From the NCBI GenBank assembly GCA_039934415.1, contig JBDTME010000002.1, positions 92,746-156,745 on the forward strand: a stretch of 64,000 nucleotides of DNA, given 5' to 3'. Positions 58,023-64,000 of the stretch are shown one piece after another. Below the pieces are notes generated by a model, which saw nothing but the letters and a program-made list of their open reading frames with translations, was not told the origin of the DNA and made no database searches. Each line of letters starts with the position of its first letter. Position 1 is the stretch's first letter. A program made the translations under genes and the position numbers. The stretch comes from Patescibacteria group bacterium (GTDB lineage Bacteria > Patescibacteriota > Microgenomatia > UBA1400 > PJMF01).

Positions 58023-59741
58023 CTAATTTGCTTGTCCACCAGAAGCACCACCTGTTTTTTCAGGCTTGTCATTTTTAGGTTCAGTAGGTTTATTTTGTCC
58101 TTTTCTAATGTCATCAAGTTGGCGATTAATTGTGTCTGGATCCAGCAACTTACCTTCTCTTGCTCTATCAATAGCACTCGCTGTAGATTGACCAGCTTTA
58201 TATCCAGCTCCACCCCAATTAACGAATCCACCTCTTGTCTTGCCTGCAGCATCCTTGTGACCATACACAACACCCCTAAGAGTTTGAGCAAATGCTTGTG
58301 TCGGATTCTGAGCAGTTCTGTATCCCATGTATCCACCCACAGCAGCTCCAGCAGCACCACCAGCACCAAGTCCGACCAGCGGAGCAGCATACTGATTACC
58401 TTGAAAGACATTACTAACAGCCTTCCCACCAAACTCTTCAAAGATACTGGCTGGCTTGTATTTACTGACGATTGCGACGACTTCTGGTAATAGCATGATA
58501 GCGGCGATGCCGCCAATGAAACCGATTGTGTCACTTTCATTTCTTCCTGGTACAAATGGGGGAATGAAACCGCCACCTTGTAATTGTTGTGGCAGACTAC
58601 CATTTGTTTGAGCGTTTACAGATGGAACGATGGCCGAACTTTGAACCGCGCTACCTCCATTGATCATCATAAAACCAATGATAATGAATACTAACAGTAC
58701 TGGAAACACAGCGAGATTGACGGCTAAAGCTTTGACCCAATTGCCAAAAGCATTGCCGTTAATCGCCCCTAACATCAAGATAACCGGTGCGAAAATAATG
58801 GATAAGATGATCTCAAAATAGACTTTGATCAACGAGAAGAATGTCCGGAACATGGCAAACAAAACCGCAACAAAGATAATTAAAGTAGCGAGAACACTGG
58901 TAATGCCACCAGCAACACTTCCTAATGCATTATTAATACCTTGATCGTTTGAGATGACATTATTGACGAAACTACCAACGGCTTCGCCACTCTTATTTGC
59001 AAATCCGCTTCCAATCACTCCTCCAAATACGTCAAAAATGTTCAAATTTAAGATCTTAAAATTGGCGAGCAAATCACTCTGAATTAATCCTGCCCCTCCA
59101 AACATTGTGATTAAGAAGTACATCATGATCCACATGATGTCGATCATGAGACCAGCGATTGCATAAGAGAAAGAGACCGCTAATAAGGCAATGATAATTC
59201 TAGGCAAGGCTTGTTGGATAGTCACCGCAGTTTGACCGCCCAAATTTTGTCGGAACATGATTCCGAACCCAATTGCTAAGAAAATAAATACAAAGAAAAC
59301 ATAAGAAATGTCGCGGAAAATTTTCCATAGCGCCAAGACTGGTTGCAAAGCGGAAAAACCAATGCCTTGTGCATAGGCGGGTTGTGCTCCCAGATGTCCA
59401 AATAAGTCAGCAAAATATGCTTTTTCTGAAGCAGGTTGGGTATAAGCAAAACCAATCATTTTGCCTACTGCGCCCATTGCTCCAGTGTCAGTTAGCCCTG
59501 TGCCATTACCATTCGGATCACCATTAAATAAATACAGTAGACCGTAGGCATTTTTTTCCAAACTGTAAACTATTGTATGATCCAAGTTGGTTTTATTATC
59601 TCTGGTGTTTTCCATCGTTTGTCTAAAATTGTCATTGACGTTACCACCACTAATTTCCGCAAAGGTTTGAGGGACGAAAAAAGCCGAGGACACGACGGAA
59701 AGAATGAACAAAAAGAAGATAGAATACAGAGCTTTCTTCAT
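58023..59741 (-). CDS. VirB6/TrbL-like polytopic membrane protein
   Basis: GFSALQPVLALWKIFRDISY, VTIQQALPRIIIALLAVSFSYAIAGLMID, IFAP..L; Gly-rich C-terminus. Confidence 0.75.
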   Translation of the reverse strand: MKKALYSIFFLFILSVVSSAFFVPQTFAEISGGNVNDNFRQTMENTRDNKTNLDHTIVYSLEKNAYGLLYLFNGDPNGNGTGLTDTGAMGAVGKMIGFAYTQPASEKAYFADLFGHLGAQPAYAQGIGFSALQPVLALWKIFRDISYVFFVFIFLAIGFGIMFRQNLGGQTAVTIQQALPRIIIALLAVSFSYAIAGLMIDIMWIMMYFLITMFGGAGLIQSDLLANFKILNLNIFDVFGGVIGSGFANKSGEAVGSFVNNVISNDQGINNALGSVAGGITSVLATLIIFVAVLFAMFRTFFSLIKVYFEIILSIIFAPVILMLGAINGNAFGNWVKALAVNLAVFPVLLVFIIIGFMMINGGSAVQSSAIVPSVNAQTNGSLPQQLQGGGFIPPFVPGRNESDTIGFIGGIAAIMLLPEVVAIVSKYKPASIFEEFGGKAVSNVFQGNQYAAPLVGLGAGGAAGAAVGGYMGYRTAQNPTQAFAQTLRGVVYGHKDAAGKTRGGFVNWGGAGYKAGQSTASAIDRAREGKLLDPDTINRQLDDIRKGQNKPTEPKNDKPEKTGGASGGQAN

Positions 59742-59820
59742 GGCCTTATTCTACTCAAATGAAAGCTCAAGTGAAAGAGGGGAAATCTCGTCCAAAAAAA
59801 GAGGTATAATTTGTAGGTAA

Positions 59821-60813
59821 ATGTTATTTATCATTGGTCTTCATACTATGTTTAGAAAATATTGCGCCCTCTTCATTTTTTTATTCTGTTTCCCCCTCTC
59901 TATTAGTATTGGTGTTGCTCACGCCCAAACTGTAACCCCTCTCATTTTCCCAGATACGAGAGCTGCCTCCACCGTTGGTGCTGAAAGCAGTAGTGAAGCG
60001 AATGCAAGTGCTGAAGCAGAAGCGAGTGCCGCTGGCAAGATTCAAGAAAAAATTCAAGAAAAAACCACGACTGACTTGACACAAACGACAGGTTTAGTGA
60101 AGAGCCGGTTGGCTTTGTTATTAGATAGTCATCCGATTGGTCCACTCTCCATTGGGAACTTTATTCAATATCTGATTCGTCAAGCTGTGGACAGTGGAGT
60201 GCCAGCCAACATGTTGGTGCTGATGCTGATGTTCCCAGTAGTAGTATCCTTGATCGCTGTGTCGCGACACGTGATTGGCTTGGAGGGTTTTGGCGTGTAC
60301 GGTCCAGCCGTATTAGCTGTGGCGTTTGTTTCGACTGGGATCGTGACTGGTGTGCTGCTCTTTCTAGTCATCACTGCTGTTGCTTTGGTCGGACGAAGCG
60401 GTTTTCGTCAACTCAAACTCCAGTACCTTCCCAGAACTGCTTTGTTAGTATGGTTTGTTTCATTGATTATCTTTCTGTTGCTCGTTATCTCGCCATTCTT
60501 TAATGGACTCGTCAATCTAGCCGCAGTAGGTATCTTTCCAATCTTGGTGTTGATCTTGTTATCGGAAAACTTTGTGGGTTCTCAAATCTCTGCCAATTTT
60601 GGGCGTTTGGCCCAAGTCACTTTTGAAACTATTCTGCTCTCGGTCTCTACCGCTTGGCTGATGGGACTCACTCAAGTTCAGGATATCGTAATCTTGCATC
60701 CTGAGATGACAATCATTGGTGTTGCTTTGCTCGATATGGCGGTTGGTAAATACACTGGCCTTCGAGTGAGTGAGTTTTTCCGCTTTAAACCAATTATGGA
60801 TCAAGAAGAGTAG
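59821..60813 (+). CDS. 7TM protein of the 7TM_transglut type (transglutaminase domain absent)
   Basis: LMLMFP...RHVIGLEGFGVYGPAVLA, LQYLPR, IFPILVL...E, GKYTGLRVSEFFRF. Confidence 0.85.
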   Translation: MLFIIGLHTMFRKYCALFIFLFCFPLSISIGVAHAQTVTPLIFPDTRAASTVGAESSSEANASAEAEASAAGKIQEKIQEKTTTDLTQTTGLVKSRLALLLDSHPIGPLSIGNFIQYLIRQAVDSGVPANMLVLMLMFPVVVSLIAVSRHVIGLEGFGVYGPAVLAVAFVSTGIVTGVLLFLVITAVALVGRSGFRQLKLQYLPRTALLVWFVSLIIFLLLVISPFFNGLVNLAAVGIFPILVLILLSENFVGSQISANFGRLAQVTFETILLSVSTAWLMGLTQVQDIVILHPEMTIIGVALLDMAVGKYTGLRVSEFFRFKPIMDQEE

Positions 60814-60856
60814 AGTGCTGTTGTTTTTGAAAAATTAAAAAATTGAGATTGTATCT

Positions 60857-62146
60857 ATGTCTTTCGTCAAACCATCCCAGATTTTGGGTATGAACGCTCG
60901 AGCCCAACTGTACACTTCGCTCAATAGTGCGCATGCGAAGAAATTTGGTTTCTCCAAACTCAAGGCGAAGAACTTTCTTAGGAAGCATGGAATTGGCGTG
61001 CCAGAGTTGTACGCAGTGATTTCAAGTCGTGAAGAATTGAGAAAGTTTGATTGGAAAAAAATCGAAGGAGCGTTTGCGATTAAGCCAATCAATGGCAGCG
61101 CCGGGAAAGGTATTCTGGTAATCAAAGACCGCAACAAACGCAAACGAAAGTGGATTGACATTGAGGGTAATGAGTACTCAGAATCAGATTTAAACTTTCA
61201 TACATCAGATATTTTAGAAGGGCAGTATACGACTTGGGGAAATCAGTACGCAGCATTAATAGAGGAGCGTGTGCCAGTGCATCCTGATTTGGAACCACAC
61301 ATCGAAGTAGGCACGCCGGATGTGCGCATCATTTTGTTTAATAAAATTCCTGTGATGGCGATGATCCGTTTACCAACCAAAGAATCACAAGGCAGAGCGA
61401 ATCTTGATCAAGGTGCGATTGCGATTGGAATCGATTTGGGAACTGGTAAGTCAGTCTATGGAGTATCCGGTAAGAAAGAAATTATCCAAACGATTCCCAA
61501 AAGCGGTCACAGTGTGGCGGGTATTGAAGTCCCATACTGGAAACAGTGTCTCAAAACTGCCGTGAGAGTTGCCAATGCAACTGGCTATGTGTTTATGGGA
61601 GTAGACTTGTTTGTGCATCCAGAAAAAGGGCCAATGGTGGCGGAAGTAAACGGATTTCCTGGTTTATCGATTCAGTTGGCAAATCGAGCGGGTTTGCGCA
61701 GACGACTCCAGCGGATTGAAGGCATGGAGGCCAAGAACGTTAACCAAGCTGTCAAGATCGGACAGTCATTGTTTGCCGAGAATTATCCAGCTCAAGGTGA
61801 TTCTGATCTTGATCTAATCATCCTTGATCCTAAAGAACCGATTATGTTGTTTGGAGATGGAAAGCAAGAAAAACAGGTCACAGCACTCATTAATACTGGT
61901 CGTTACCGCAGTGCAATTAGTGCCGATGTCGCTTCGGAATTAGGCTTAGTTGATCCTGAAGATTTACTCTGGAAACAAGTGCTTGATGACGATGAAAAAG
62001 TACCAGTCGTAGAAGTGAAGTATAAAATTCGCGAACGCACCATTACTACGACGATGGCTGTCTCAAAACGCTTGAGCAGGAAAAGAAACTCTGTCGAAAT
62101 CGGACGCAAAGATTTAACTGGGTTTTTAGTAGCAGGAGAAAGGTAG
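60857..62146 (+). CDS. ATP-grasp ligase (alpha-L-glutamate ligase-like/ATPgrasp_ST) fused to a retropepsin-like domain
   Basis: ILGMNAR, AIKPINGSAGKGI, GTPDVRII, AMIRLPT..S.GRANLDQGA, GVDL, EVNGFPGLSIQLAN; C-terminal ALINTGRYRSAI...IGRKDL. Confidence 0.88.
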   Translation: MSFVKPSQILGMNARAQLYTSLNSAHAKKFGFSKLKAKNFLRKHGIGVPELYAVISSREELRKFDWKKIEGAFAIKPINGSAGKGILVIKDRNKRKRKWIDIEGNEYSESDLNFHTSDILEGQYTTWGNQYAALIEERVPVHPDLEPHIEVGTPDVRIILFNKIPVMAMIRLPTKESQGRANLDQGAIAIGIDLGTGKSVYGVSGKKEIIQTIPKSGHSVAGIEVPYWKQCLKTAVRVANATGYVFMGVDLFVHPEKGPMVAEVNGFPGLSIQLANRAGLRRRLQRIEGMEAKNVNQAVKIGQSLFAENYPAQGDSDLDLIILDPKEPIMLFGDGKQEKQVTALINTGRYRSAISADVASELGLVDPEDLLWKQVLDDDEKVPVVEVKYKIRERTITTTMAVSKRLSRKRNSVEIGRKDLTGFLVAGER

Positions 62147-62147
62147 C

Positions 62148-63131
62148 ATGTCCGCCTCCATCATCACCAAGATCAATCCAGTCAACAAAGAAGAAGAAAA
62201 AAAGAAATTCTTGTTCGATCAACAGTACAATCCTCAGTTCAAGTATGATCACGAATTTACAGTGCAAGAGTATGAGAAATTTGGTCAAATTTCTGATCAA
62301 TATTTGAAGCAGGCGAAATCAATCATCGATTCAGTGATCAAGAAATATGGGTCTGAAAGGAAGTTCCTAGAAGAAGTTGAGGGTCCGATCATTACTCGCG
62401 AGGAAGTGGAGTCCATTCTTCATGAATATATTAAAGAAAACAAGATTGAGCAGCACTTTAAAGTGACTTTTACTCGAAATGTTGTTTCGCGCACTGCCAT
62501 GGACCAAGACGAGATGAAGATTCGCCTCCCAATCGAGTATCGCAAACATGCTTTTCAAGGGATTTTAAACCATGAAATCGGTACGCATTACTTCCGAACG
62601 CTCAATGATCGATTGGCACCTTGGCATGACAAGCGAGGTGAGTTTGGTATGCGACCAAAGACTCAGACAGAGGAAGGACTCGCACTCATTCATCAATTCA
62701 TCAGTGCTGAAGAACCCTACTTATGGATTACAGGATTATATTATTATGGTACATGGTGTGCACATACTATGTCGTTCGCAGAACTGAATAAAGAGCTCAT
62801 GCCATATATAGAAGATCCGGAGCGTCGGTGGAAGTTGTGTTTGAAGATTAAACGTGGCATGAAAGACACATCGTTACCCGGTGGTTTTTCTCGAGAACAA
62901 CGCTATTTAAGCGGAGTATTTGAAGTGCTTCACTATCTTGAAGAACATGAGTATAATCCAGAACAACTCTACGCTGGAAAGATAGCAGTAGCCGATGTTG
63001 ATCGGGCCCGAAAACTCACGCCAGACAGAAAATATTTACTGCCGGAGTTTTTGCAGAAGATGTCACCAGAAGAGTACAAAAAAGGGATTCAACGCATTAA
63101 AAAATTTAACTTCCACGTTCTTCATGAATAG
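62148..63131 (+). CDS. DUF1704/MATCAP-like zinc metallo-carboxypeptidase
   Basis: HEIGTH..R..N, TEEGLA, KIKRG..DTS..GGFSREQ.YL.G, LYAGKI. Confidence 0.85.
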   Translation: MSASIITKINPVNKEEEKKKFLFDQQYNPQFKYDHEFTVQEYEKFGQISDQYLKQAKSIIDSVIKKYGSERKFLEEVEGPIITREEVESILHEYIKENKIEQHFKVTFTRNVVSRTAMDQDEMKIRLPIEYRKHAFQGILNHEIGTHYFRTLNDRLAPWHDKRGEFGMRPKTQTEEGLALIHQFISAEEPYLWITGLYYYGTWCAHTMSFAELNKELMPYIEDPERRWKLCLKIKRGMKDTSLPGGFSREQRYLSGVFEVLHYLEEHEYNPEQLYAGKIAVADVDRARKLTPDRKYLLPEFLQKMSPEEYKKGIQRIKKFNFHVLHE

Positions 63132-63227
63132 ACGTATCAGCGAATTAAGCTACTCGTCATCAAAAATGCCTCTTAAAAATCAAGTATGCACTCATAGTTC
63201 ACTATCTGTTATTTGGTATCAAAACTA

Positions 63228-64000
63228 ATGCTTACACAATTTTTTGACTTTCAATTAGCCAGCTATGAATCAGTTGAGAATGTTAATCCTGATGAGATTG
63301 CAAAAGCAGATCTGATAGAAATCCGCGGCTTTGTGCCGGGTGGAATTTATCACTCACAATCCTTGCGGTGGATGGGTGGGGTAACCAATTTCACATCTCC
63401 GAAAGAAATGATCAGGTCCAAAAAAGAACGTAGCGTGCTTGATGAAAATAAGTCTTGGTTTGAAGAACGAGGATACAGTTTTGAAATAGTTCCCATGACG
63501 AAGGTGCTGTTTAATGAATTTTATGAAGTGTATCAAAAGACGACGCTTCAACGCGAACGAGCGTTGACCTTTCCGCTCAAGGAACAAATCCTTGGAAAAG
63601 TTTTGGTAAAAACACCGGTGTTTCTGATCGGAATGTTTAAACGAAAAAAATTGGAATCGGCTTTAGTCTTTTCTGTCACTGAGGACAAACAAGCTGTTGT
63701 CTCGTTTGGCGCAAAGAAAAAATTTGATGAGCGCAGAGGTGGTGTGGGTGGCGTTCTAGAGTTGTTATTGATTGAGTATTGTTTGGCGCATGGCTTGACT
63801 GAGGTTAGTCACGGTAAATCCAGAAATCCGGCAGGAATTACGAGTAAGGCTGGTGTGTTTGAGTTCAAAGCGCGCTACGGATTTAGTGCTTTTCCAGAAG
63901 GATATTGGAAAACAACCTTTATTTTGAATCCCAAGATTGCCCTATCTGATTTAGTGTTCGTCACGGTGTTGAAAAACCAGGTTGGCTATATTGTAGTAAG
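63228..64000 (+). CDS. GNAT/FemAB-like transferase, truncated by window edge (not in ORF track)
   Basis: Hand translation open to the window end: ...FNEFYEVY...GVGGVLELLLIEYCLAHGLTEVSHG...GVFEFKARYGF, resembling the G+..FK..+G motif of Fem/Acetyltransf_6 proteins. Confidence 0.65.
   Translation, partial: MLTQFFDFQLASYESVENVNPDEIAKADLIEIRGFVPGGIYHSQSLRWMGGVTNFTSPKEMIRSKKERSVLDENKSWFEERGYSFEIVPMTKVLFNEFYEVYQKTTLQRERALTFPLKEQILGKVLVKTPVFLIGMFKRKKLESALVFSVTEDKQAVVSFGAKKKFDERRGGVGGVLELLLIEYCLAHGLTEVSHGKSRNPAGITSKAGVFEFKARYGFSAFPEGYWKTTFILNPKIALSDLVFVTVLKNQVGYIVV

Noticed and set aside
57986-58603. 205-aa minus-strand ORF
   Set aside because: Alternative frame within the VirB6-like gene; no start signal or motif
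35792-59741. Integrative conjugative element or prophage
   Set aside because: No integrase, relaxase, att repeats or phage genes; interleaved with recF, nnrD and the SpoIID-like gene
1-64000. Alternative genetic code (UGA=Gly as in Gracilibacteria/SR1)
   Set aside because: Genes are intact under code 11, and TGA ends conserved genes such as dnaN and rnpA at the expected positions
1-64000. tRNA/rRNA genes; the many 60-140 aa overlapping ORFs
   Set aside because: No cloverleaf or rRNA signature was recognised by eye; the short ORFs overlap well-supported genes in other frames or strands

Overview
A 64-kb chromosomal segment of a small-genome bacterium. Gene content suggests Patescibacteria/CPR, probably Microgenomates (inference). 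It uses genetic code 11 and spans the likely replication origin (dnaA-oriC-dnaN, followed co-directionally by rpmH-rnpA-yidD-yidC-jag-rnhA). Housekeeping content: an atypical mevalonate/isoprenoid operon, a CsoR/CstR-family repressor with trxA-trxB-dsbA, kup, tsaD, valS with a T-box leader, rplY, recF and nnrD. Accessory content: two type II toxin-antitoxin pairs and a dispersed CPR-type T4SS-like system (seven VirB2-like pilins in two arrays, VirB4, PrgI, a VirB6-like protein, a large M23 protein). Five observations stand out. (1) An operon joins a 7TM protein, an ATP-grasp ligase fused to a catalytically altered retropepsin domain, a MATCAP/DUF1704-type carboxypeptidase and a Fem/GNAT-like transferase; it is a candidate writer/eraser peptide-tagging system. 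(2) The mevalonate operon has an MvaD lacking the catalytic Asp, a single kinase with mixed MVK/PMK motifs, and a Cys-less DUF35 remnant. (3) A dispersed palindromic intergenic element occurs in at least four copies with compensatory base changes. (4) A T-box riboswitch has a non-canonical Stem I. (5) Many genes look leaderless. No rRNA, tRNA, CRISPR array, integrase or transposase was recognised. All family calls come from reading motifs by eye, not from database searches.
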